Positions 41,185 to 56,100 of a DNA stretch of 64,000 bases are shown in pieces. Position 1 is the first letter of the stretch; each line of letters starts with the position of its first letter. This DNA is from Tubiluchus corallicola. Taxonomy: Eukaryota; Animalia; Priapulida. Made by a program: the position numbers and the translations under genes. The stretch is from positions 124,001 to 188,000 of the forward strand of contig JAQGDQ010000333.1 in assembly GCA_030141605.1 (NCBI GenBank). The letters run 5' to 3'. The notes below the pieces were generated by a model. The model ran no database searches. It saw only the letters and a list, made by a program, of their open reading frames with translations, and had not been told where the DNA came from.

Positions 41185-44100
41185 TAGTATTAAAATTATT
41201 ATGAATTACAAAAATTTGGGTTGATCTGGGCATTGATAAATTACCTTACTGATGTTACAGATTGCTTATTATGTATAAATGCCAAAAATTTTACCAAACA
41301 TACATAATGTTTGAAATAACAAATAAAAAATAAATGCCAGAAAAGATTATTTAGAACAAGTGTTTTTTCAATGCAAACTAGATGAAGGCATTACTCCCAA
41401 CTGCTGACATTGTTTCTTGTTCTTTACAATGTGTTTAATCCTAGCTCTCTTTTGCCTTTAGCTCCTTTGCAAAAATGGCTCTGTGCCAATGTCCTACAAT
41501 TTCTCTTCAAGGAATTCCAGGTACTGTAGTTCAGAAAATTAACTTCCACTGTGTAGTGATCACAATTTTTTTTCAATGCTTTACCCTTTTGGTGAGGATC
41601 ATGAAGAAAACTGGTTAGGGTTCTTTATTGTTTTGCTGGCAGGTATTAAATGCTTTATTCCTAAAAGTGGCTGTTATTCAACTGACTTTGCTAACATTAT
41701 TCCGTCACTTAATACGCAAAAAATTTTGGCTGTAAGTTAAAAACCTTATTAGCCACAAACTTTAACTTTTGTAGCTAGAATCTAATGTACTGTAATATGA
41801 TGCAGTGAAATTTCAACTTTTTAGGGTACTTGCTTCTAGGTTTAACGTAGTCTATACTTTTTCTGAGCACTTTTTCTGCACTACACGATACATCTATAGA
41901 AATAACTAAAATAAGCTGTCAATGAGATTTTGGTGCAAAATCACAAAATTTAAATTTAGGATAACAAAAAAACAACCTGTTCAGTCTGCATTCTTTTCAT
42001 GTTGCCTAAGCTCGTGTTTCTACTGTTTCACATTTCCACCTCATAAAAAACATTTATTTTTTAAAATTACTTTACTTCACATTGTCAATAATTTAATATT
42101 TCAAACCTGTATAACAATGCTGCCCAATGCATCTGTCTGCATATTGAGATAGAGACGAGCCATGATTTTAATGGCTTCTAACACACCACAGTTAACTGCC
42201 TGCTGTAGATGGAACATTCCAGCAACCATATCAAATTCTTCATTATCATCCACTTTAAACCGACCAAGCTCGTGATACTTGGCCATATCTAGATGGACCT
42301 ACAAAACAAGCCAAAATAATTAACAGTCACATGAAATAAATGTTATACAACTTTTGTATTAATAAATGATTAAAGCCTAGCAACGATGTAACACTGTTTA
42401 GTTGTACAGTGTTACAACTTATATTACTTAAAGGGGGAATATCATGAAAATCAAGTTAAACTTATTTTATAGCTGCTTTCCCCGGGAACAACTTGGCAAA
42501 TTTTTTTAGCAGTACGTTGTCTAATTAATGAGTAATTAACTTTTTAGTATCTCACGGGAAATGCCATGGAGCTGCAGTTATGCCTCTCATGGTGAAGAAA
42601 TTGAACTAGCGCAGCTCAGGCTGATGACATACCAGAGTGTACAGGCAGCCTGTTATGATACTGTAGGCCTACAGCATATTATGAAAATTCTTGTGGCATT
42701 AATTGAAAACATCGTCAGCAATACAAGCTGCAAAAGTGTGGGACTTGGTGACAAAACTTCTTTTCTTGTAAAACAAGTGCGATATAGTAACTTCATTCTG
42801 CTAGAAGAATTAATGAATTTGTAAACTCAGAGAAACTCACTGAAGCACAACTATAATGCTAATGTGACAATTTTTAGCGACAACTTCATTTTATCAGCCT
42901 TGACAAAAAATATGTGGACCCCATGGACACAGAGACTATAACATATTAGCTGTAGACTTATTGATTAAACATACATGAACATTTTAACATTGTCGTGTTT
43001 TAGTTATTTAAATCAGTAAGACTTTTAATACCAACCAGATCTTTAACCGTTGTTCATTAGCTTTTGTTTTTACATGATAACATCATAGTGTGCTTATTTT
43101 TACACAGCAGTATTATTAAAATACAAGGATTAGATGAAATGCTTATGGTCAGTTGGACTGAAATAAAAATTAATGATAACTATATATTTAATATTAATAT
43201 AGTTATTATCCACTTTTACAAAATAAAAAACTAACCATATAATGACAAAATAATTATTTACTGCATTACATAATGTAATTGTGATATTTTTATTGAAATG
43301 GTTACTAATCTTGAGATGACTAAACTGCATCGATAAACTATGCACAAAAAAGACACTACAAAAACTGCATCTGACTCAATCTCTCCAAAAGTGTAAGCAC
43401 AATATTTTTAACACTAGAGTTCTTCATGTTCTAAACTCACGTTTCAAAGCAAACAGCCGAGAAATTATCAAACAGGTTGTAGGAGTGAATCCAGCTTTTT
43501 AGATTGTACTTTCATTGCTTCAATAATTTTCTGTTGCTCATTGGAAACTAAAAGTTATTATATTTTAGCTTCGTATTTCGATACTTTCCGTCTGACTGCT
43601 AGCATCCCGTCTAATTGCTGAATCCTAGTGTAACACATTCCACAACCGTTTTTCAATAAGAACAATCAAGACTGAAACCTAGCAAATCACGCATTCAATT
43701 CACAATAAGCTAATTTTTTCCGTGATACCGTCACTAGGTATAAACTGTGTAAGAGTACTGTATGCTGAACACTGTTTGTCGATGTAAACAAATACTCAAA
43801 CAAGTGTTGTGTACAATCTTTCTCCCCTTGGGCATTTTGCCAAGTTTCATCTGTAGTACGGTAATTTCGCCACCAGAAGCGCAGGCGCATATATACGTGC
43901 TTGCTCAATAGCGGCCTAGTCAAATGTTCGTTTTGTGTACAAGTTTATCTGAACTTTTGCCAAGGATTCTTAAACATGAAATTTTCGTGAAGAATGAGGT
44001 AGCGTATTTCTATTCTTAATATAATCACGAGAGCTATTCAAGCTAAACTTAATTTTGGTGATATTCCCCCTTTAAATAATACTAAAATACAAGAATTGCC

Positions 44101-47100
44101 AATCTGATTAGCAAATAAAAACTGCACTGACAGCCAAAGAAGGCACTAAAGGCATTATGCTCAATTTTTCCTTCAATGCATTAATTCCAACTAGCTAAGC
44201 AAAGGTAGGCATTTTGATATGTTTATCCTAATTGTATGCATGGGAAAATGAAAATAAGAGGTTTGCTTTCTACACATAAATGTTTGAACAAATCTATACC
44301 ATGCCAAGAATGGAGCCGTACGACTTGCTGGCAATCTCCCTCAAGTGAGTCATGTCCACTTCTGCAGCCACACTTGATGGACGATGTTTAATCATTGCAT
44401 TCATGAGTTGCTTTTTTTCCTCCTCCTGACACATGAATCATGATTAATAATATAGTTAAAGCTATTTGTTATTATTAGTCAGTAAAATAAATTTATTAAA
44501 TTAACTGCTAATATTCTAAGACTTGTGTACTGTAGAAAACAAAATAACGTTATGCAAGATTTTATTTGAAAAGGCAAATACAGTCTTCCAAATTATCACA
44601 AAACTTCTTAAACAAAATAATTTCCACCAACTGAGGCAGACATTTACAACTTAGAAATATGGACTGAAACTAAAAGTTCTGAATCACGGTTTCAACATGA
44701 CTTCTTTGCTTTTCAAATCAAACTGAAGTCAGAAAATAATTATGTGCAAACGCATACGCACAGTAAACATTCTTGATTAGTTATTGCTATTAATAATTTC
44801 CCAGCACCAAATCAAAATGCAGACAAGAATAACAAATTTTGTAAAACAATGAAATTCAACAATGACAGTTAAGACATGAATATCCAACCATAATGGTTTG
44901 CAATATCTGTTTAATTGTTTACTGAGTTTAAAGAAAGTACTTATAATACATTACCGCATCTACACTAGAATCTTAATATACAAAAAGCAAAAACTTAGTA
45001 ACGACTTTGGTAGAAGTAAAATATTCATCTTAGAAGGCTTTTCTTCATGTAAACACATAATTATAATTATGATGAACCAAGGGCTACTCGGAATTTGCTT
45101 TTGCTTTTCTTGTACAGCAGTTCAAACAAGGCAATTTTTACACGGCAAATTCCTTTGCATTCTATAACAATTTAGCTGATTTTTCAAGAATTTCTACACA
45201 GACACTCAAAATATACATTTTCTACTTGAAATTTTGAAGTCTTTTCTAATTGAACAAACAAAGAAAAACTAACTTGCAACAATTTGTGTTGATTTATCAC
45301 TTGTGAATTTATAAATCCCATCTATCAGGTAACGTAATGAGCAGTCAGCCACAAAGTTCAGCTGAAACTTTGGAGAAATTAATTTAACTTGCAATAGGCT
45401 TTACACATTAGTATTTTTATACCCGATTTATGTGGGCAAGCCAAACTGTACTGCAGAATGCAATTCTGTTTTGTCAAGCATTTACGTTGGGTGCAATTTT
45501 GGATATCTCCATGTAATGTAAACAGCATTCACGGATGTGTATCAGTAACAATGTAAAATAAATGTGGGTTTTTAATTTTTGCGATATGAATGCAAGAGAT
45601 CAGGGCATGGTACACAAACAGCAAGCAGCATAAACTGGATATTATTGCCGTAGATGCAATCAAGCACGCTGTTAAGTCCACTGCAGTGCAAAAACTTGCT
45701 ACTAGAGCTCTATACTATTAGCATTTAAATTACTGATTAAAAGTCACATCACACCAAAGCATTTAGAGTATAATTCAAGATCATACAGTTCTCGATAAAG
45801 GTGGTATAGAATTTAGCATAGAAATTATTTGCGCAGTGTAATCTTCATCATCCTCCTACAAATTTTAATAAAATTTCATTTTCAGATTTAGTGTTTTTAC
45901 AAAATATTCTTTTGGAGAAATCTGTAATGCAGCCTTCTCAAGAATACTATTAAAAACACAATTATTAATAAGTCATGAACTGTTCAGATTAAAGTATTCA
46001 GCAATGTTAACTAGAAAAGTTATTAAAACCATATTGACAAAATTTCATGAAAAATTATTCAGGGTGCAAAAGCAAACAAATTGCCGATTTACTTATACTT
46101 GTTAAAACCTGCAGTGATTATGACATTTTCAGCTTATTACACAAATATTTTAGAAGTAAAAAGAATAATTTTCTTACCTGTGTCCAAGTTCCACTACCAC
46201 TGTCTGTACTTTCTCCAGAAAAGGTACGAAATCTAGACCTATACACGGGATGAAAATCTGGTAGTGATGCATCACTTGACTCAGATATAACTCTCCTTCT
46301 CACTCGCATGGAACCTCCGCTAGACAAGTCACTGTAGTCAGAAGTGAATGACATCGGAGATGTAGGCGTCTCTGGTTCTATGGGCTCTTCTTCCTCCATA
46401 TCTTCCTCATCCTCTTCCATGGTAACAGAAGTAAGACGATGCTTCTGCGGGCTGATTGTTAAGGATTTCACTGAGTGCACATTCTGGAGGGGGTTCCATC
46501 CAAACGGCAAAGTGGTGATGCAAGTGTTAAGATCTGACTTCTGACAGGTTTGTGAAGACATCTGTTAAGTTAAATAAAACATCGTAACACATGCTCAAAT
46601 AGAATAATTGGAGGCTTGAGAAAATTACTAAAAATTGCAAAACAGCATCCTAGATTGTATTTACCTAAGGACAGAAGACTGACAAAAGAAACAAGATCTT
46701 GCATACATCAAACTGTGTTGCCATATAAGGAATTTAATCAGTGGTCTGATTAATTGTGTCACATCTAACTTCCCGACTGATTTTTGCACAAATTTCCACT
46801 CGTTTTTTTACTGTTAAATGCAGTGTTATTAACGACAGTCAGGTTCACAATCATTACAACATTTTTGACTGCTATCATGATCAATTTTCGGAGCTGGGTG
46901 TGATCATGATCGCAATAAAAAGTTTAATACTTGCTGAAAATTTGCGATTGTTTAGTTGAGTTGAGTCTGTTTCGTGATTCGTACAGTAGTCTCATTATTA
47001 GAATAACATCAGAGATTTTCTCATTGCAATTCTGACAGCATATAACAGATACATGTTTGGATATTAAAATAAATATCAAGAAAAAACGAGTAGGAATTCT

Positions 47101-50100
47101 GAAAATTTCTTTGAGGTTGGAAAGGAATGATTGCCCAGAATGCAATCACAATCAACAATTAAGAACTAACAACAGCAACAACGTAATGGACAGCAATTGG
47201 CACACTCTAATGTCAACAAGCAAACCTACTGAAAATTTGTCAAGGTAATATGTAATATACAAGTAAAAAATTAAAAAATGCCCGTTAACTCTTAAAAAGT
47301 ATCCAACTATGATTTTTCAGTATTGCTATTATTAACATTCATTCACCTTTACCCTTTCTCCAAACATTATTCACATAACTAATGAAGTGAAACTGCAACC
47401 ACATTTACACATAAAACTTTTTACTTCTTTCAGCAAAGGCATGGCAACAATTTCCTTTGATGATTTAATGGCACTATTTGCTCACATTCTGTCGAAAATG
47501 TGGCATTAGATTCATTGCTACATTTTTGTTTTTACTTTTGTGTTTAATGTCGAAATTAATAACAATGGAGGTTCTATTTAGATCACATAATATGAACAAA
47601 TACCAAAAACTAGAAATATAATATTTTTTAATTAAACTTTAGTTCTCTCAGGTTAAATAAAATCGCAACTAAATTTAGACTAGGCACTACACCCGATCTC
47701 CGGGGTCCACTTGTGAGACTTTCTTACATCGCTTTTTTATTAAATATCTACAAAATATTTTTGTAAAACATATTTCTTATATAAAAAAGTCTTGGAAATA
47801 AGACCAGAGGCCTGGAATGTAAACTGACTACATAGGAAATCAAACAGGAAATTGGTTAATATTATAGTTACACATACAACTGTATAATTTATACATCAGT
47901 AATGTCATGTCACGTACAGTATAAACTAAAAAAAATTGCCAGATGATAAATCCTATATTTCAAGAGATTTTAAAATCACTACATTATTAATAGTAATTAC
48001 ACATTTATAATGGAATTTGTAAGTGTAGCAGTCAATTATATCACAACTTTTTTACTATTGACATATTGAATTGTTATTTACTTTGTCCAAGTAACAATTT
48101 ATATAGCACTGTTTATATTACACTGTTCAATTCTGGTAGCCTATTCGTTAATTCTTTCAGGGATGGCACATATATAATACACATTTTATTAAAATTTTCA
48201 TCAAAATGCAATCATCACGTCATGAGGTGGCAGTGACCATAATGTTTAAATAAGTTATACGTGGCATATAGTGTTACATCTTATAAGTTTTCGAATTCAC
48301 GTGAAATAAGGAATAATTAGATGTTAGTTTTCTTAACACGTATGCTTATTACAGGATTAAAAATAATGCTAATTAGATTTCATGAGAATAGAAAAAAATT
48401 AAATGGCAGCAAAACTCACCTTCATTAATTCTATAAATTTCTCCTGGCCTTGCATTTCCGTTGGTGCGAGGTCAAATGGTGTTAGTTTCAGTTTTGCACA
48501 GATGGTGTTGCAGACATGAGAGTGAAAAAACAATGCCATTCCTCTGCAAGAGTATTGTTGATGAATGAAGTCAATTTTGTTCTACCAATCTATTCAACCT
48601 TGTTTTAGTCCACACGTTTGAAAAAAACATTTATTCCTTTTTTCTCAATCCTTAGTAAAAGCGGTAGTCGTAACTGCTAAATTACCACCAATTACTTATA
48701 CCATGCATTTAACTTAATTTAATGTGAAAAACATTCACTAACAAGTACAAAGGGTTTAAATACAACCTGGTTCCCAAGTTTCCATCACCATATTCAGTCC
48801 CATTAGCCGTATGTATCTGAGGGTCAGTCCACAAGTCACCAACACCCTGGACATCTACCACAATAAGCTCATGCCCAGAACGCTCAAATGTAAAGTGACT
48901 AAATGCCTAGAAAATGATAATGACTAACTGATTATATTTATTAAAGATTAAGACAAACGAGAACAAAAGTTTTGAGTTTTTCCACTGCACATAAAACACT
49001 TCCATCGAGCACTACTGTGAGAGTTATTAAGGGAATCAACAGGCAGCCCTGGTTTAGTTTCCAGTTCATGTCTAAAAAATTTTAACTATGCCAACATTTG
49101 CCAATGTACTGAACACAATACGTGTAACTCCTGAAAACACAGTGTAGCCATTTTCTTAAACACTTGTAAATGTCGCAGTGTGTTAGTCTAAAGTTAAACA
49201 ATTTTATGTCCATGCAATTTTTGCATCATAACTTAAAATGTACACAACATTCACCATTTTACTATTTAAACCTTTGGCACTAGAAGACTATAGTGTTTAA
49301 CTTATACACTTTCAGCGTTTTAATTCTTAACCAGCAAGATTTTCTAGAATCAGTAAAAAATGAGGAAACCAAGAATGTAGCACAAAGCGAGTAACATATA
49401 AACAGGGCTATCTGTTAAAGTGAGAAATTAGCTAAAGGAGAGAAAAAGCAAATGAAGTAAAGCCATTACAGTTAAAACTTTCATAAATTATGGTAACATA
49501 AAATCTGTGGCTTTTTATCATTATCTCCATAAAACGGGCCTTGAAATTTTATATGATCTAAATATAATCTTATTGCAAACAGAATTCGCATTACGTGTAG
49601 TGCTTTGTGAAACTTGAATTCCCAAGTGACTATTAGATCCAGGCGTTATAATAATAGAACGTTAATTAAAAATCAAAGCAAATTATGTTATGTACATTTG
49701 TAAAAAATAAGCATAAAGTAAATGGTGCCTGACAAACTTAACTAGATTGCGATTTTAATACTACTCATTTTCTGAGCAACGTGGTTCACGGAGCAGTGAC
49801 ACCACAGTAGTATTTTACCTTTCGACAGAAACCCTTAACTCTTTCCGAATGGTACATGAATTTTCCTATCATCTGTGACAGGTAAAAACATGCCTTATCA
49901 ACTGAACTCCAAATTTAATAAAATTTGGAAAGGAAACGGCTAGCATACCAGTAAATACTAGTTATATAAGAACAAAACACTTGTGTTGTGTTATTCGTTT
50001 TCAGTCTTTGAAGAAGTATTTCACAAAATGGATACAAATTTGGCTTTGCACTTCTACAGCTTTCATATAATAATATAATTTAACTTTAATATATCGTAGG

Positions 50101-53100
50101 CACTGCTATACTTAATGTACTATACTTGTACAGGCGCACCACTTTAATATACGAGTTTGACATGCATCTAATTCTCCATCTCTCTCTCTCTCTCATATCA
50201 TTTGTCTTATGACCAGTCTGCCGGAAAGTATTGTGGTTGTAAATCGACGACTACCTGTACATGCTTATGGTGGGCTATTTCTACATGTTTCACTTATTAG
50301 CAATATGTAGGCTGCAAAACTTTCAAACTATATCTGTTGCAAGTAAAATATTTGTAACAGAGATGGGCACAACATTACTATACAGTTACTGATCATGCTG
50401 GGACTGCTTGATGCTAATTCAGCAGCACAGAGTCCGATAGATATAATATCCGGAACCAAAGCAAGGCAAATTCATCCGTGGCAAGTGTTGCCATTCAAGT
50501 TTCATGATATCTTAGCACTTTTCATCAGTTGTCAAATGTACAAATTTAGAGTGACCTGATTTTTATGAAATTTTACCCAAAAATAAATGCTCTACATTTT
50601 TGCAATGAACAGTTTTAGATACTCGCTATCATGTGGAAGCCTTTGAAATGAAAATGCCATGCAAATCTAGTAAATTTTTTAGATTATCCTGTCAATTACT
50701 TCATTGAAAAAAAATCTAATCATTAAATTTAGCATGCTAGAAAAAATTTAATTCTCTTTCAGAATATGCATAGGTTTGCACATGGTATCTCATGCAGTTA
50801 GGCTAGTGTGGGCAGTTTTATTCGGTGATTACAAAACCACTGAAATATTTATAAATGTAAAGGAGTTAGTGCTGCTAGCTGATTTACCTTTATCTACTAA
50901 ATTTAAACGTTTTTAAATTATTTTTAAAGTTTGTCTATTTCGACGTTGCAAACTTACATGAGGAGTAGCACGTGCAGCATCGCTCACAAATCCAGAATTA
51001 GAATTGTATTTGATGTAGTTGCCTTCAATGAAGTGCTCCAAGTGGTACAAGGGAGAGCACTCTCTATCAATGAATTCGATAATACACATTTGCATAATGT
51101 CAACCTATAAGCACACTGGACAATTAAAGTATGACAAAACTGAAAACATCATAATTATTTACCATATTTTTCAAAATAAAAGATTAGCTTCACACCAAAA
51201 CTAAAATCCTTCTACGAGCTATACTGAACTAATGCGGTGATTCCATTCTCATAGAATATCTTTGGTCACAGTATATAGATATGTCTATAAAATCTGGCTC
51301 ATTACATATCTCTTGCAGTCATCTATCCAAAAATTAACCAGAACTGGCTACACAAACCAATTCTAAGCTAAGTCTGCAACTTACAATATCTCACAGGATA
51401 GTTTGAATTGAAACATAAAAAGAAACTAAAAAAAAATTGAACTGTCTGTTTGCCATGCATAATGAAGCTGCTGTTTTATCTTGAAACTTGACTGTTATAT
51501 GCTAATGGTGAAAAGTTTGCATTTAATTTTGTCCTCAATGGTAATACACACCCATCACTTAGAGCCTTTGTACACGTGAAATTAAACTTTATTGTGACTA
51601 TGGCTTTAAGCCTTTCAGTATGGACCTTTGACATTTATAAATCTATCGGGTCACTGGAGGTACACACTGTTAAAGACAATACTCATTCCGGTTAAATTTA
51701 TGCTCAAAAATATTACATAGCAAATATAGTACCATTCACTTGCTCTCCAATCTACTCGTATGATGATTTTACTCTAAAGTCTAAACACTGGTAACTATTC
51801 TAGTACCATATAGCGTAAGTTTTACGGCACGGAATCAGTTAATTCAATCAGTTATTTTTAAAGTTGTGCCATTACTAAATGAAGAATGCCATTCTCAAAT
51901 ATGAAACAGTCTGGTGCATGTGGTGAATTTGTTTTTCTAAGAAATAACAACCACATATCCCTCTTGGGGCCAGACATGCTACTTCAGGCATGACAATACA
52001 CTCATAACTCAGTTTGCTCAGGATTGCTTTTATGAATATCGGAAAAATCAGACAAAATCTGGGATGTTAAATGTCCCACATATTACGGACACTGTCCGTT
52101 GTTTTGCGAACTGACCGTTAGATGGTGGGTCGTCACTTTGTTTACATCATTACATCAGTGCAACTAAGCAGTGTGCCACGACACGTGAGTAGCTTGTGTG
52201 TCGGAAGCGGCTGATAATAGACATTTTGGAGACTATTAGGCGAAAGATAACCATGAGTCTAATACATGTGCCTACTGTGTTAGCTTAGTATTGGTAATTT
52301 CGGACAATCGGCGAATTCAGACTGGCATCTCCCCACTTTTGTTCGACACACCGAGATATGAGTGTATGAATGATATTGTTTATAACCATAAATATTATAA
52401 GTATTAAATATTAAGTATTAAATTAACTTGCCTTTTTTGGAGGATTGTGATTGTTATACTCATATCCCCACAGTTTAGCATCCATCTGTAGCTTGACATC
52501 CTCAAAATATACTTCTCTATCTACTTCCTCGATATAACATTTTGCCACATAATTGTGAGCTCTAGACCATTTGTCCTTGTGATGAAAGTTAGACAATTTC
52601 TTTCTACAAAATTTAAATTTAAATTTAAACCTGCAGCTTACCGCCTTTTAATTTTCATTATAAATTTACTAAATTGTTGTGAGGTATACGAAGTTGTTTA
52701 ACAAGAATCTACATAGCCCACAGTATGAGAAAAAAAGTAACTGTTTTTCAGTTACAATGAAAAAACAGGAATAGTTGCATAAGGTATCATAGAAATAAAC
52801 CCGTTGTTTGTCTGTTATTTTACAAAAGGGTTCGACTCATCATTTTGAGGGACTGAAATAGTCCATTAGTTTCACTCCGTAACTGCAAAATCACCCTCAC
52901 GTATTTATGCACCACAAAAATTTTATAGCACTAGAAGTGACTTCAAATTTTTGGTTTAGTTTACTGCTGCAAGTTATGATAGCTGTTAAAATACTTACAG
53001 TCGAAAACATTCTCTCATAGCTCCACGATTAAAAGCCTGCAAAAAATTAAGGGAAGGGTCGTAAAATTTATGACGTGAATGTATGGTTGTTTTACTGGTT

Positions 53101-56100
53101 TTGCTGATACAATTGTTACACTTGTTGTTGTTATTGCTGTTACATTTTGTTGTTGTTGTTGTTACTGTTGCTGTTGTCATCATTGTTGTTTCTGAGGTTG
53201 CAATAGTCGTGATGGTAGGTGCTAACATCATAATCATCATTGCCATCACCACTGTTACTGTTGTTGCTGATGTGCCAATAGATAGAGATGGATGATGATG
53301 ACTACAGTGATAGTGATGACGATTAAGGTACAGGTAACACTGATGATATTGATGACATTGACAGCGATTATGACAATTGTAGCAGCAGTAAGGGTGACTC
53401 ACGACATCATGTGTCACATTTGCAGCACTTCTGATAATTACGATGATTTAAATTCAGTTCTGATTTTATAAAAAATGCTTTTACTAGGCTTGACTAGTGG
53501 AATAAATAATATTTATTTCTCAAATTTGCCATGTTGGTAGCTGTTCTTAGTGCAGTAGTATTTTTACTTTTGTTTGTCAAACCCCAAGCCCAACACCAAG
53601 CTAAGAAAAAATGTAAAAAGCTGGAAATCCATTTTGGGTCATACCCATCAGCAAACGAATAGTTTGCCACATGTATTACATGTAACTGAAATACTATACT
53701 ACAGCCTTCGACTGTTTACCAGTGGAACTTGTTTATGTGCACTGCTAAACCCTGCTCAACAACGAGGGTCACAGAGCAGTTTTTAGTTAAAGGGGAAGAA
53801 AAGGGAATTTTAAAGTTTATCCCAAAGACCTTTCACACAAAACACTAGGTAGCACTAAGCTTATCTGTTTGTAATACTTATGTAATTGGAAAGAAAGGAC
53901 TTAATAATTCAAAATATCAGTGATACCTGGCAAAACAGCACAGCATTGCTAACTCAAGTGTGCATCAAAAAACACATTACAGTCAAGCCTTTTTATAACA
54001 CATACTTTGGGACTGAAAAAAAATTAATACATACATGTCTATTGTCTATGTCTATGCAGATGCAGACATTTTGTTTTGTCAAAAATACAGGTACCAAGCG
54101 AGGTTGGCTTATAAAGGGTGGGTGTTATAACAAGGTTTGACTGTATTGATCTTACTGACAATATGAAGTAATCCAAACTTTTGCTTAGTTAGTGAAAAAT
54201 GAGTGTGCTACGAATTCTCTGATTATTTTTTTAAACTTTAAAAAATGTTATCTAAATTTGCTTCAAATGACTTACCGTTACAATTATTGCCTAACGGTCA
54301 TAAGTGGGAGTTTAAATTTACAAGTTTTACCCAGCGTTAATGTTAAGAAAAGCCCTGTATGTAATAAGACAGTACTAAGTGACATAAAATGTCAAGACAA
54401 ATTTTTCAAGCTTTATTTATAAAGTGTTTTCTTGGGCTTTAATGAAATCAAATTCTTCTACAGTTTTCAAGTATCAAGTTAGCATGATAATATTTCATAT
54501 TGCAGGGCACTAATAAATAACACTTTTTCTGGAACAGAAACTTTTAACATCCCGGACAGAAAACGCATAACATACAGAGAATGCATAATGTACATCATAA
54601 TAACAATACAAACAAATACCTTCTTCTCGATTTTGACATAAACCTCATCTTGAGTCCACTTTTTCTTCAGAGGACTATACCGATGACGCCTGACAGTTTC
54701 TGTTGGTAGATTAGCAATGGAGAAATCTCCCCATGGGTCTTTCAAATGCATGGCCTTGTTTATGGCCTACAAGCATTAAACACAATTTGCAAATCAGATC
54801 ATACCTAATAATTGTGCAGACCAACATTGTTTTTATAGTGATTCCCAAACAAATTTAGTGGTCACTTAAGGGATGAGGCTACAATTAGAAACTGGAAAAA
54901 TGAACAGCTTTGCAAAACAGAATTTTTTACAACAAACTTTCCAGTGATAACTGAGGACTGTCTTCTTATAACAAACAGGAAACAATTTTTTGGTAAAAAA
55001 AATAAAAGATAAGAGGCAAAGGATTTAATTTAAGTTATATGCAGTTCTTTTTAGAGTAGGCCATTCAAGTTATTCATTCAGACTCAAATTAATTAAGCAA
55101 AGTCGTGCCATTAAGCATCAAGAACATTATCATAAACTTGTATAATGCACTAGGAAGTTACATTACAATACTGTGATACTTCAAATATTCATTAATCATT
55201 TTGGTAATATGGTGAACAGTTTGGTCCAAATATTGCTAGAAATGAAACCTGGCTGCCTACAAATATTGTAAGGTGGTTTGTTGGGTTTCTATCAAAATAC
55301 AAATACAGTGCTCATATTAGTTCTTCCAATAAAAGGAATGTTAAGGTTTATCATTGCTAGGGCATCAACCATATACATAATCGAAGAGTAACTTCTTTCA
55401 TGCACATAACCATTTAGTTGCCAGCTGTAATCACTGAAATGATTTCTGACATCAACTCAATTAATACAATTTAACATCTTATTGTGAGCAGTCACTTGAC
55501 ACATTAAATATTTTTTTGTTATTTAGCAATATGTGAAATTTTTTTATGTCATGTTCACATGGAGCTGGATGCCACTGTATTATGCAGAGGCAGTTCAACA
55601 ATAAGAAAATGTCAGGTTACCACAAAGATAATGGACACAAATTAATTGAAAGACAGTTTTACTACTAAATGCTGACATAACTTGTATCATGTATGATTTG
55701 ATAGTGCTAGGTGATTTGAAAGGACAGACAGACAGAAGTCGAAGACTTGTTTCATCATTTTAAGATGTGTCTTTTAAATTATTAGGAAAAATATGGAATG
55801 AGTAAAGATGCAATAAACAAATACTGGTGCCATAACAGTTAAGGGAAAAAATTATGTAAGGAAACATAATTACCAAAAGGAAGCATTTTAAACATACCTG
55901 AACCCACCGCAAACGAGGTTGATTGATAACAACACTCGGCCGTCTTACATTACTGACTCTTCTGTTGCGTTCAGGAATGACGACAGTACTCTGACGACGT
56001 CCGACGAGACTGGAGCGATGTGCCTCACTGACAACACTTCTCTTCCGCTGATCATCGATGAGATTAGCATTATGATAATCAGACTCCAAGTTTAAGTTCT

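Noticed and set aside
52995-53417. 140-aa His/Cys/Thr-rich ORF
   Set aside because: Low-complexity intronic repeat; only the last 38 nt (53036-52999) are a real eEF2K exon.
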